From assembly GCA_002269645.1 (NCBI GenBank), contig NIVC01002503.1, forward strand, positions 62,001-126,000: a DNA stretch of 64,000 nt, in the 5' to 3' direction. Of the stretch, positions 40,542 to 54,425 are shown one piece after another. The position numbers were made by a program, and so were the translations under genes. Under the pieces are notes generated by a model. The model was given only the letters and a program-made list of their open reading frames with translations. It ran no database searches and was not told where the DNA came from. This DNA comes from Macrostomum lignano (lineage: Eukaryota). Positions within the stretch are counted from its first letter, which is position 1, and every line of letters starts with the position of its first letter.

Positions 40542-40998
40542 GTCTGTCTCAAGCCAAAGTGCTTCTAGCAGCTCTTCTACTATGCTTCTTTCGGCGGCTC
40601 TTTTACTGAGCTATCGATAACTCGATGAATCGAGAAATGTTTATGCGCTAGCTACTAGAGGCAACCGTTGATCAATGAAAAAATGTTTTCCTTGCAATCA
40701 ATTTCCAATTAAACCAAAGCACTTAGTAGGGATTATTTAAGTGCTTTTATTGTTTCGAGTACCTGCTTTATCAAAGCTATTCCCTTCGAAGTGAAATTTT
40801 AGCTCAGATCCGTCTTTATGAAGCAAATTTGCGCGTTAGACGTGGAATATTTGAGATATTGCAGCCAGCTTAACACATTCACCCGCCATCAGCTATCGGC
40901 CTAAAAGCAGTCTAATGTTTGCTAATGTCTGCGACGTCTTGTCACTGGTCCCATCTGACAGTTCCCAGTCTGCCGTTGGGAGGTTGGGAGATGGCTCG

Positions 40999-41056
40999 CG
41001 ATCTCAGAGTGCGAGCCATCTAGAGTCTCAATGAAGTCGCTCCTGATGCACAGGTA
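40999..41056 (-). pseudogene. ~58-bp fragment of the lectin PAN region
   Basis: Matches ~40388-40445 (GATCTCAGAGTGCGAGCCA...AATGAAGTCGCTCCTGATGCACAGGTA). Confidence 0.8.
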
Positions 41057-41521
41057 TCAATGGATTTTGTTGAATCACTGATCAGAGTGATTCCCTGGCA
41101 TCGAAGGCAAAATTTCGAGGGACAGGGTCAGCCACAGGCTTACAGAAAAATCTGCAGAAATATATGCAGCAGACCTTCAATGTTTCTAGTCAACAGACCT
41201 CTTGCCGTTAAATTTGTAGCAAAATCTCAGTTGCCTATAGCAAATTGACGCGTTATATTGTGAATTTAAATTTCAGATTGAAACCATTGACTAAAGCAAT
41301 GGATTCCTAAGTAATTTTTTAATTGAAAACATCAATCAGTTTTAAGCTTTAGCAACTGCGTTTTCTGTTATTAGAGAGCAAAAATTTACTGATGAATAAC
41401 TGAATTTAGCACTTGACTCGATTTCAACCGAAAAGATTTAATGTGTTTCAATTTTATTTTATTTTAGAAATAACGCAAGCATTTCTGTATTTTTACTGAA
41501 AATTTCTCCCTTTAAGTGTTT

Positions 41522-41680
41522 GGTGCTCAGAGCCTATGCTCAGACCCTATGCTCAGACCCTATGCTTAGACCCTTTGCTTAGACTCTATGCTTAGACCCT
41601 ATGCTTAGACCCTATGCTTAGACCCTATGCTTAGACCCTATGCTTAGACCCTATGCTTAGACCCTATGCTTAGACCCTAT
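41522..41680. repeat. 13-bp satellite (CTTAGACCCTATG), array 3
   Basis: Direct reading. Confidence 0.93.
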
Positions 41681-41899
41681 ATGCTTTGTACAGACCAGGT
41701 CCACTCAATCGAATTGTAATGAAGTCAACTCGCTTATTCTGGAGTAAACTCAGTTGAGGCAAAACCCTCCACGCTCTGTATATTTTATAGGCCAAGGGGC
41801 ACGGTGGCCCGCGCATGTACATTACCGTACGTACTGCTAGCTAGGCTTACTAAACAAGCTCCACCCCTACCACGCGGCCCCACCCCATAAGTCATGACA

Positions 41900-41912
41900 C
41901 TTTTCCCCTCTC
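41900..41912 (-). promoter_or_regulatory. Polypurine tract of the LTR element
   Basis: GAGAGGGGAAAAG directly abutting the 3' LTR. Confidence 0.9.
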
Positions 41913-41931
41913 AGAAGAAGTCCGCTTCCTA

Positions 41932-44900
41932 TCAATCACAGCTCCCGAGTTTCGAGTAGGTCAGCTTCTCAGGTGGCCGTCGCCGGCGTGCAGGCTGCAG
42001 TCCGCAGGGCGCGTCTGGCGGCTCCGGCTCCGGGTGCTCCGCGCCGGTCCCGGTCGAGTCCGCAGCTTCAGCTGGCTCGGTCCCGGCTGCCGGACCGTCA
42101 GGTTGGTCGCTCTCGACTCGCCGGCCCCGCAGTTGGTCGGCATGACGGCGCCAGGTCAGGCCGTCGCTCGTTTCGACTCGGAAGCTCAGCGGCCCAGTCT
42201 GCTCGAGAACTTTTGCTGGTTGCCAGGCCGCCGCATTAGGCCGGTAGTCCCTGGCCCAGGCCTCCGACCACGGCTCCTCCGGCAGCTCCCGCGACCGCCG
42301 GTCGTGCTGTCGTTTCTGGGCAGATTGCTCCCGCAGTACTCGATCCCGGGCTGACGGCCGCAGCAGGTCCATTCGAGTCCGGAGCTGCCGCTTCAGGAAG
42401 AGCTCCGCTGGTGTCCGACCGGTCGTTGGGTGCGGGCTAGCTCGGTAGCCCAGCAGCCAGTTGCACAGGCGGATGTCGAGGTCCGGCTGACTGCTCCGTG
42501 ACGCCTCCATGGCCATCTTGAACGACTTCACCAGCCGTTCCACCAGTCCGTTGGTCTTGGCGTGATATGGACTGCTTCTTGTGTGGCGAATTCCATTTGC
42601 TTTGCAGAAATCGCTAAATCCTTGACTGATGAATGCTGGACCGTTGTCCGATACCAGTTCTCTCGGCAGGCCCCATTGTGCAAACAACACTCGCAGCTTG
42701 CGAACCAGCTCGGCCGATTCGAGTGTTGACACGGCCTCCACATGCGGCCACTTTGAGTGCGCGTCGACTACGAGGAGAAACTGGCGGCCTCGAACCGGCC
42801 CGGCAAAGTCAACGTGGATGCGGTCCCAGGGCTGGTCTGGCCACACCCAGGGGTGCAGTGGAGCCAGCACCGGATGCAGCTTAACGGATTGGCAGGCTTG
42901 GCAGCTGCTGGCAACCGACTCGATGTCAGCATCCATTCCTGGCCACCAGACGAAGGTTCTGGCGACACTTTTCATCCGGGCCATGCCGAAATGTTCCACG
43001 TGTAACTCGCGCAGAACTCCAGGTCGCAACGCTCCCGGAACCAGCACGCGAGTTCCCCAGATCACGCAGCCGTCTTCCACGCTTAGTTCTAGTCGACGAC
43101 GAAAGTAGGGCTCGAGCCCGGGGAACCGACTCTGGCCAGCCAGTCATTATCATCCGGAGAACATCTCGGAGCTCGTCGTCTCGCTTCGTTGCTGCCGCTA
43201 CATCCGCCGCCGTCAATGGAAACTCGCCCGTCAGCTGACAGACCCGATCGTCGTCGTCTGGGCTGTCGTCCTTCATCTGCAGGGGCAAGCGAGACAGGCC
43301 GTCTGCATTGCTGTGCTGAGCAGTCTTGCGGAACCGGATGCTGTAGCTGTACCCTGACAGCAGCAGTGCCCATCTCTGAAGTCGCCCTGCTGCAGTCGGC
43401 GAGATGCCAACCTTCGGTCCGAAAATCGTCGTCAACGGCTGATGATCCGTAATTATCGTGAAGCTCCGGCCGAACAGGTACTGGTGGAACCGCTTGATGG
43501 CGAACACGATGGCGAGGGCTTCTTTCTCAATTTGCGAGTAATTTCGCTCCGCTGCTGACAGCGTCCTTGAAGCAAAAGTCACCGGCCGTTCCGAGCCGTC
43601 CTCCATCGTGTGGGACAGCACCGCGCCGATGCCGACCGATGAAGCATCCGCGGCCACCACCACTGGAAGCTGCTCGTTGAAATGCGTCAGCACGCTGTCC
43701 GAACTCAGTTCTTGCTTAAGATGGTCCCAGGCTCGGTCCTCCGTCTCAGCCCACCGCCAGTCCGTCTCCTTCCTCAAAAGTTTATACAGAGGAGCAGCGA
43801 TCGTGGAGAAGTCCTTGACATGTCGAGCATAGTAGTTTGCGAGGCCCAAGAATGATCGCAGCTCTGATACTGTCGCTGGCCTCGGGCTGTTGACTATTGC
43901 TTCCACCTTCTGAGGCAGCTTCTTGACTCCGTCCTTGCTCAGCAACGAGCCCAGGTATTCGACTTCTTCTTGCAGAAATTTGCACTTGATTCGTTTCAGC
44001 CGCAGGCCCGCCGCTCTCAGCCTGGTCAGTACCTCGCGAAGCGCTGCTAGGTGCTCACTCATTGACGGACCGGACACCAGGATGTCATCAATGCGGCAAC
44101 AGACTCCCGGCACGCCCTTCAAAAGTGTTTCCATCAGCCTCTGGCAAATCGCAGGAGCCGAACTGACGCCAAATGGCAACCGGAGGTACTCGAAAAGCCC
44201 TTTATGCGTGTTGATGGTCGTCAGCTTGCAGCTCTCTTCGTCGAGTGGAAACTGAAGATAACATTGTGACAGATCGAGTTTTGAGAACAGCTGACCCCGT
44301 CCCATCTGCTCGTAAAGCTCTTCAGGCGTAGGCAGCGGGTACTGGTCGATGTGAAGCTGAGGGTTCAACGTCAGTTTATAGTCGCCGCACAGTCGGACTG
44401 AGCCGTCCGCCTTGAGTACCGGAACCACTGGCGTAGCCCACTCGCTGTAGGTCACCGGGCGGATGATGCCTTTGTTGAGCATGTCCTGGAGCTCGAGCTC
44501 AAGCTTGTCCCGCACTGCGAATGGCACGGGTCTGACCTTGCAGAATCGAGGCTGTGCGTCACTTTTAAGTCTCAGTGCGACTGTCTGATCCTTCAACTGC
44601 CCCAGGCTCTCGTCGAAAACATCAGCGAACTCCTCCAGCATCTGGTCGAGAGGCCCGCTGTTCTGCGCCGGCGCCTGGCTGATCTGGTTGGCAAACAACT
44701 GAGTCCAGTTGAGTCGCACCTTTTCCAGCCAATTGCGTCCTAGCAATGGGCAGGCTCCGGTCTGACTGGTGACCACCAGCGGCAGCTTATCATGCTGTCT
44801 TCCGTCGTAGTTGACCCTGACCTCGGCTGTTCCCTTGACTTGTATTGGCTCGCCCGTCCAGGTCCGGAGTCGCAGGCGTGTTGGTGTCAGTGGAGGTCGT

Positions 44901-45808
44901 CCGAGCTGCTTCCACACCGACTCCGGTACGAGGCTGACGCAGGCACCGGTGTCCAGCTGCATGGTGAGGGGCTGGTCATTCACCAGCAGGCTTACGCTGA
45001 TCTTCTTGGCCGATGCAGTGACTTGCGAAATCCAGCCAGTTGCTGCTTCCTCCTCCTCTTCCGTTTGCATTGCGTGCGCTGGTCCGTTCTCTGGCCGTCC
45101 GGCTTTCGTTGTGCTGTAGGCTTTCTTGGCTGAGCGGCAAACTTTCTGCAGGTGTCCAACTTTCCCGCAGTTGTGGCACTTTGCGGTCCTGAAGTGGCAG
45201 GCTGCCGACAGGTGGCCTTTCAATCCGCACCTGTAGCACGCCTTCGAGTCTGGCGCTACCTGCTGGACTGAGCTGACCTCTGAGCTCGATTTCCACTGCT
45301 CAGTTTCCGACTTAGCAATCTCCGCCGCGAGGGCAATTTTCTTGGCCGCATCCAGCGTGAGCTTCTCCTCCATCAGGAGTCGCTGCTGGGTCCGCTGGTC
45401 CCGAAGACCACAAACGAAACAGTCTCGGAGAGCTTCTTCTCGAAACCCGCCGAACTCGCACGAATCGGCCAGATTCCGCAGCGCAGCCAGAAATTGAGCA
45501 GCCGTCTCTCCGTCCTTTTGTGCTCGCTTGTAGAACTTGAACCGTTCAGCGATTACTGGCTTCTTCGGTTTGAAGTACTTTTGAAGGTGCTCGGTGAGGG
45601 CGCTGTATTGCAGATCTGTTGGCTTGGTCGGACTGCAGAGATCCCGCAGGACTGCGTAGCATCGTTCGCCAATCAATGTCAGAAACACTGCCTTCTTCTT
45701 GTCGTCGCCTTCTATGCCGTTTGCAAGCATGTAAGAGTCCATTCGCTCTTGATAGGCGTCCCAATCTTTGCCTTCCTCGTAAGGCTCTAGTTGTCCAACT
45801 GAAGCCAT
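41932..45808 (-). CDS. Gag-pol polyprotein, split by one frameshift near 43120
   Basis: Two CCHC knuckles (CYRCGLKGHLSAAC, CHNCGKVGHLQKVC), protease LDTGA, RT LPFGVSSAP and RIDD, RNase H ADAS/NYSQIEKEAL/TDHQPL, integrase HHCC and DDE (VDFAGP, SDNGP, VER). ATG at 45808 abuts the PBS. Confidence 0.92.
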
Positions 45809-45809
45809 T

Positions 45810-45819
45810 CTCGTCGCCA
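45810..45819 (-). promoter_or_regulatory. Primer-binding site, complementary to the tRNA-Ser(GCU) 3' end
   Basis: TGGCGACGAG 2 nt inside the 5' LTR, complementary to ...CUCGUCGCCA. This PBS is typical of Mag-lineage elements. Confidence 0.85.
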
Positions 45820-46006
45820 ATTGTAATGAAGTCAACTCGCTTATTCTGGAGTAAACTCAGTTGAGGCAAAACCCTCCACGCTCTGTATATTTTATAGGCC
45901 AAGGGGCACGGTGGCCCGCGCATGTACATTACCGTACGTACTGCTAGCTAGGCTTACTAAACAAGCTCCACCCCTACCACGCGGCCCCACCCCATAAGTC
46001 ATGACA

Positions 46007-46120
46007 CGAATGGCGAAAGGCACTCGCACAGAACTCTTTGCACGTCAAAGGCCTCAGTGGATGTCTCCAATCCCTGTTTCCCAATGGCCAGCAAAGTTCT
46101 CGAGCTTCGGTTGGTAGTTG
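46007..46120 (-). pseudogene. 3' end of a second lectin paralogue, frameshifted and interrupted by the LTR element (stop codon at ~41706-41708 on the other side)
   Basis: Aligns to ~39785-39897 and encodes ENFAGHWETGIGD, then a 2-nt deletion, then EAFDVQRVLCECLSPF. It continues across the TSD at 41700-41714. Confidence 0.88.
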
Positions 46121-46123
46121 GAA

Positions 46124-46880
46124 ACAGTGATGGTCAGTTGATGGTTGGGCACAGTGATGGTCAGTTGATGGTTGGGCACAGTGATGGTCAGTTGATGGTT
46201 GGGCACAGTGATGGTCAGTTGATGGTTCGGACTCAGTGATGGTCAGTTGCTGGTTCGGACACAGTGATGGTCAGTTGATGGTTGGGCACAGTGATGGTCA
46301 GTTGATGTTTCGGACTCAGTGATGGTCAGTTGATGGTTGGGCACAGTGATGGTCAGTTGATGGTTCGGCACAGTGATGGTCAGTTGATGGTTGGGCACAG
46401 TGATGGTCAGTTGCTGGTTCGGACACAGTGATGGTCAGTTGATGGTTGGGCACAGTGATGGTCAGTTGATGTTTCGGACTCAGTGATGGTCAGTTGCTGG
46501 TTCGGACACAGTGATGGTCAGTTGATGGTTGGGCACAGTGATGGTCAGTTGATGGTTGGGCACAGTGATGGTCAGTTGATGGTTGGGCACAGTGATGGTC
46601 AGTTGATGGTTGGGCACAGTGATGGTCAGTTGATGGTTCGGACTCAGTGATGGTCAGTTGCTGGTTCGGACACAGTGATGGTCAGTTGATGGTTGGGCAC
46701 AGTGATGGTCAGTTGATGGTTGGGCACAGTGATGGTCAGTTGATGGTTCGGACTCAGTGATGGTCAGTTGCTGGTTCGGACACAGTGATGGTCAGTTGAT
46801 GGTTGGGCACAGTGATGGTCAGTTGATGGTTGGGCACAGTGATGGTCAGTTGATGGTCGGACACAGTGATGGTCAGTTGC
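46124..46880. repeat. 27-bp minisatellite (CAGTGATGGTCAGTTGATGGTTGGGCA), ~28 copies
   Basis: Direct reading. Confidence 0.96.
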
Positions 46881-47527
46881 TGGAAGAAGACACAGCAACT
46901 CAGAATCCAACCCTATTCTGACACACCAGCAACATGCTCTCTCAGCTCATAAGTCCAGCCATCGCAGGCACTAACGTCGGGAACCAGATCGCCGAGTTTA
47001 GATGATCTACTGGCATCGCAAAGTTCTTAAGTCCTACTGTTCATAAGTAGAATAAAAAGGTTATAAAACATTCTGGACGGGTTACGGAATGACTTGGATC
47101 ATGGAACTAAGATCCAACTACAGAAAGTACTTGTATTTGCCATGCAATTTGAATGACAAATTTTCAGATCACAAGAAACGTTCTGCTAGAAAATGAATAT
47201 TCATTGCCTTAAAAGTAAAGTAGCTAACTTACTGTGCGAGGCTACAAACGAACTCAAGTCTTCTCTAAAATATTTCCGTTCCAACTTACTCCCCAGAAAT
47301 CAATGGGCTACTCAGAACTGTTCAAGTGACTCTTATTGACTTGCAGTGACAGAACTTAGCAGTAAAAATATCTCTCGCCTGGTCAAATACATGAGCCACA
47401 GCGTCCGTGCGGAACGGTGGGAAGCGACCTGTGCCTGGTATCGCATATGGCAACTGTTTCAATAGACTGGCTTTGACTGGATTGATTACCCAGCTGACTG
47501 CGAACCGGTTCTTTCAACTGGGTATTC

Positions 47528-47774
47528 GCTTTGCATGCACTTGAGCCAGGCAGCAACACATGCCCGTCAGTGCAGATGAATACTGGGGGGGGGGGGTAAA
47601 TGCTATACAATGGCGCGCCGAGTGCATGTACTCATAGTTGAGCAAGGATGAAGTGTGTAGCCGCCATCGATGAGCCCAAAATACGAGCGTAGCCTTGCTC
47701 TCGTCCTCGAGCTCGACCTCGTTTATCACTGCCTTTCCCCACCTGTGTCCCAGCGGCATCCAACATTCCCGATC
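47528..47774 (+). repeat. ~245-bp interspersed element, left copy, followed by a (TATC)n tail
   Basis: Reverse complement of 58689-58932 apart from a few substitutions and short indels. Confidence 0.92.
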
Positions 47775-47775
47775 C

Positions 47776-49655
<1,880 letters not shown>

Positions 49656-49891
49656 CGCTATCTACTATCTATAGCCAGGACCTGCACCGGAGCGGTTACG
49701 AAAATTAGATTTCTCGGTAGTTGCACGTACTCTTTTGCACTACTTGAGTAGTCTGATTTTCGTTCGGCATAGCTGGTTCCAGCAGGTAGTTCCTCTGGAT
49801 AAAAGCGCTTACCGCGCCCATTGGCTTTCCAGCTGCCTTAATCGTTTCCGGTGATCTTGTGTGCGTGCTTTCAGCTTGATTGGCTGCGGCA

Positions 49892-50240
<349 letters not shown>

Positions 50241-50659
50241 TCTACGAGTATCTATCAAATCTATCTATAATTGGCACCTTAAGATTTGCATCTATCTATA
50301 TAAGACAGCTAATATGCTCAGCATCAGATGGGAAATCATAAAACAGTTTATTTTTAGAATGGTTAATTTTGGGCATCGCCCTGCGCTGGCGTACACACTG
50401 TGTACGCAGGTAAGCACAGTCGATTGCTTTGAGGAAGTGTAGTCAATGGAAACCCGCTCTATTTTCTATAAATAAATAAATTTAGTCCCAAAACAGAGAG
50501 AGTTTATTCAGACTGCTGCAATAGCCGGCCGTTAGCAATGGAAGATAAAAGCTATTTTTAGCAGTGTTTTTCTCTCAGAGACCGGCCACACGTGATTCTT
50601 TGCGGCACAGGCGTTTTTAAACTTGCCCCAATAAGTGTTACAAACATTGTGTATCTAAA

Positions 50660-50920
50660 GTCATGTGCTCATAGTGTGCTCACAGTAGTGTGCTCACATT
50701 AGTATGCTTGCTCTCAGTAGTGTGCTCATAGTGTGCTCACAGTAGTGTGCTCACAGTAGTGTGCTCACTGTAGTGTGCTCACAGCAGTGCTCACAGTAGT
50801 GTGCTCACAGCAGTGCTCACAGTAGTGTGCTCACAGTAGTGTGCTCATAGTAGTGTGCTCACAGTAGTGTGCTCACAGTAGTGTGCTCATAGTAGTGTGC
50901 TCACAGTAGTGCTCACAGTA
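50660..50920. repeat. 14-bp minisatellite (CAGTAGTGTGCTCA)
   Basis: Direct reading. Confidence 0.92.
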
Positions 50921-51414
50921 GTACATGCATCTACATTGTTACAAAAGTTCTGCCCTATACCGACCCAGTGCAATGCTAATAATCCTAAAATGAATGAGAA
51001 AAAGCCAATAGCAGGGAGGATGACGATGGATGAGAGTGAACGGGAGAAGGGAGAGAAGGGGAAGGAGACGAGAAGAAAAGAGTCGCGAATGCTAGGCCGC
51101 CCTTTGTTCTAGATTTTATTGGCGAGGCCGGGCACGCTAAAAGTTATAATAATAATATAGTATGTAGTAATAGTACGAGTAATAATACTAATGATCTAGG
51201 CGCCAGAGGCATGCATGGTGATCGGGGAGGGGAGGGGATACGCGGAATGAATACAAAAAGATTTATTTGTGCTATAGCAGCGTGTGCCGTCTCCTGCGTC
51301 AGTTTGACTTCAGCAGCTAGGCTGAGGGAGGGCAGTTCCAATCCACCGCGAAAATGAGCTGCACGTATTGGTTACCCGTCTAATTAATCTGCTGCCTATA
51401 AATGCCCATTCCGG

Positions 51415-52125
51415 CCTCTGTACTCAATCTGTAGCCTCTCTACTCAATCTGTAGCCTCTCTACTCAATCTGTAGCCTCTCTACTCAATCTGTAGCCTCTG
51501 TACTCAATCTGTAGCCTCTGTACTCAATCTGTAGCCTCTCTACTCAATCTGTAGCCTCTCTACTCAATCTGTAGCCTCTCTACTCAATCTGTAGCCTCTC
51601 TACTCAATCTGTAGCCTCTCTACTCAATCTGTAGCCTCTCTACTCAATCTGTAGCCTCTCTACTCAATCTGTAGCCTCTGTACTCAATCTGTAGCCTCTC
51701 TACTCAATCTGTAGCCTCTCTACTCAATCTGTAGCCTCTCTACTCAATCTGTAGCCTCTCTACTCAATCTGTAGCCTCTCTACTCAATCTGTAGCCTCTC
51801 TACTCAATCTGTAGCCTCTCTACTCAATCTGAAGCCTCTCTACTCAATCTGTAGCCTCTCTACTCAATCTGTAGCCTCTCTACTCAATCTGTAGCCTCTC
51901 TACTCAATCTGTAGCCTCTGTACTCAATCTGTAGCCTCTGTACTCAATCTGTAGCCTCTCTACTCAATCTGTAGCCTCTCTACTCAATCTGTAGCCTCTC
52001 TACTCAATCTGTAGCCTCTCTACTCAATCTGTAGCCTCTCTACTCAATCTGTAGCCTCTCTACTCAATCTGTAGCCTCTCTACTCAGTCTGTAGCCTCTG
52101 TACTCAATCTGTAGCTTCTGTCTGT
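51415..52125. repeat. 20-bp minisatellite (TCTGTAGCCTCTCTACTCAA), ~35 copies
   Basis: Direct reading. Confidence 0.97.
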
Positions 52126-52522
52126 AGCCTCTGGATTTTAATACCATGGCTGCTCATTCCAGATGTCAATCATTCCGCTTCCTTAACTACCCCGTTATCC
52201 TTAGCTACGCAGCTCAAAACACCAATTCAATTCATCAGGGACACAAATGCAGAATCTTTTCTAGTTTTCTATTTAATAAGAGCGGCGCGCCAATTGCAAC
52301 TGGGAATCCGATTGGGAATGAGATGAAGACTCTGCAGCTGGGTCTGCATTATGCATTGAGTCGCTGTAGAATTCTTACTGTCTACCCCCACTGCCCACTG
52401 GCGCATTGAGGCACAGATTAATAAATTATACTGCTAGTCTGCCCTTCAAAAGTATAGGATTGACTCAGCCCACGGTGCTATTTTGGGTTTCATTTCATCA
52501 TGTTTACCTCTCTGCCTTTCTC

Positions 52523-53403
<881 letters not shown>

Positions 53404-54274
53404 ATTTCGTACTATCTAGCTAAATAAAATGAGCGAGACCAGGAAGACACGTGTAACTGCTGTGTCCACAAAGTGGGCACATGAAAACAGCTATCTTCAG
53501 AAATCTCAGATACAGGGATCTGCAGCAATGAATTGCATTAGCAAAGGCATCGTAAATTATCGCACAGTATTTAGGAAGCAATCTCTGTCAGCTAAACGAG
53601 TTTTCGGACGACTTTTGGGCGGCAATGAAACCGGTATATTGAAAGCTTGTTCGCTCTACAACAGAGAATGAAGCAAATTTCTAAGCATAGCAAAATTGTG
53701 AATGCAAACTTAAATCTACTTGGAGCTCGAAACAAAAGCAATGAGAGCGCTGCAATTCGTCTTCAGTTAATTGAGATAAATTTAAAGTATTAATATTGTT
53801 TGATGACTCAGTTTAAGCCACTGTGGTTTCCCTACTTCTCACTCTTCCTCTTTCTCTGTCCCATTCTAGATCTTTACCTTATCCTCTCTCTCTCCCTTCC
53901 TTCTTCTCTCCCTCTCTCTTCCTTTCTCTCTCTATCTCTCTCTTCCTCACCCTTTCCGTCTCATCTCTCCCTACTCCTCTCTCGATTCGCTCCTGCTCCA
54001 TTTGAAAATCATCACGCATGCAATAGAGGAAAAAAGTACTTTTATCAAGAAATTTGAAACCCCAATCTCAGGGCAAATTACGTGTTCCTACTGCTCAATG
54101 CACAGGTAAAGATAACACATTAGCCTAATTATCTGAAAGTATAGGTGGAAAAGCTGAAACTTTTGACCCTGGCTACTAATTAATAATTTTTTCTCGCTAT
54201 CAGTTTCGACAGTTTGTGCATGAGGAGTCGACTGAAAGAGCGGGTTGGGGTGGAGGCTGAGCAGCCGGAGCTAG

Positions 54275-54425
54275 CTGGATCAGTCCCGATTGCAGCCGCA
54301 GCTAGCTGGAGCAGTCCCGATTGCAGCCGCAGCTAGCTGGAGCAGTCCCGATTGCAGCCGCAGCTAGCTGGAGCAGTCCCGATTGCAGCCGCAGCTAGCT
54401 CGAGCAGTCCCGATTGCAGCCGCAG
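54275..54425. repeat. 31-bp repeat x5 (GCTAGCTGGAGCAGTCCCGATTGCAGCCGCA) containing the prominin stop codon
   Basis: Direct reading. On the minus strand each unit reads CGCNRDCSS* plus 1 nt. Confidence 0.92.

Larger units (their letters stand above)
41715..46006 (-). mobile_element. Full-length Ty3/Gypsy LTR retrotransposon, Mag lineage, 4292 bp
   Basis: 185-bp direct LTRs at 41715-41899 and 45822-46006 (TG...CA) with no differences seen. 5-bp TSD CGAAT at 41710-41714 and 46007-46011. PBS and PPT are present. Gag-pol order is PR-RT-RH-IN. Confidence 0.97.

Noticed and set aside
53429-53760. Possible Penelope/LINE endonuclease remnant
   Set aside because: Only a vague compositional impression with several stops and no diagnostic GIY-YIG or APE motif.
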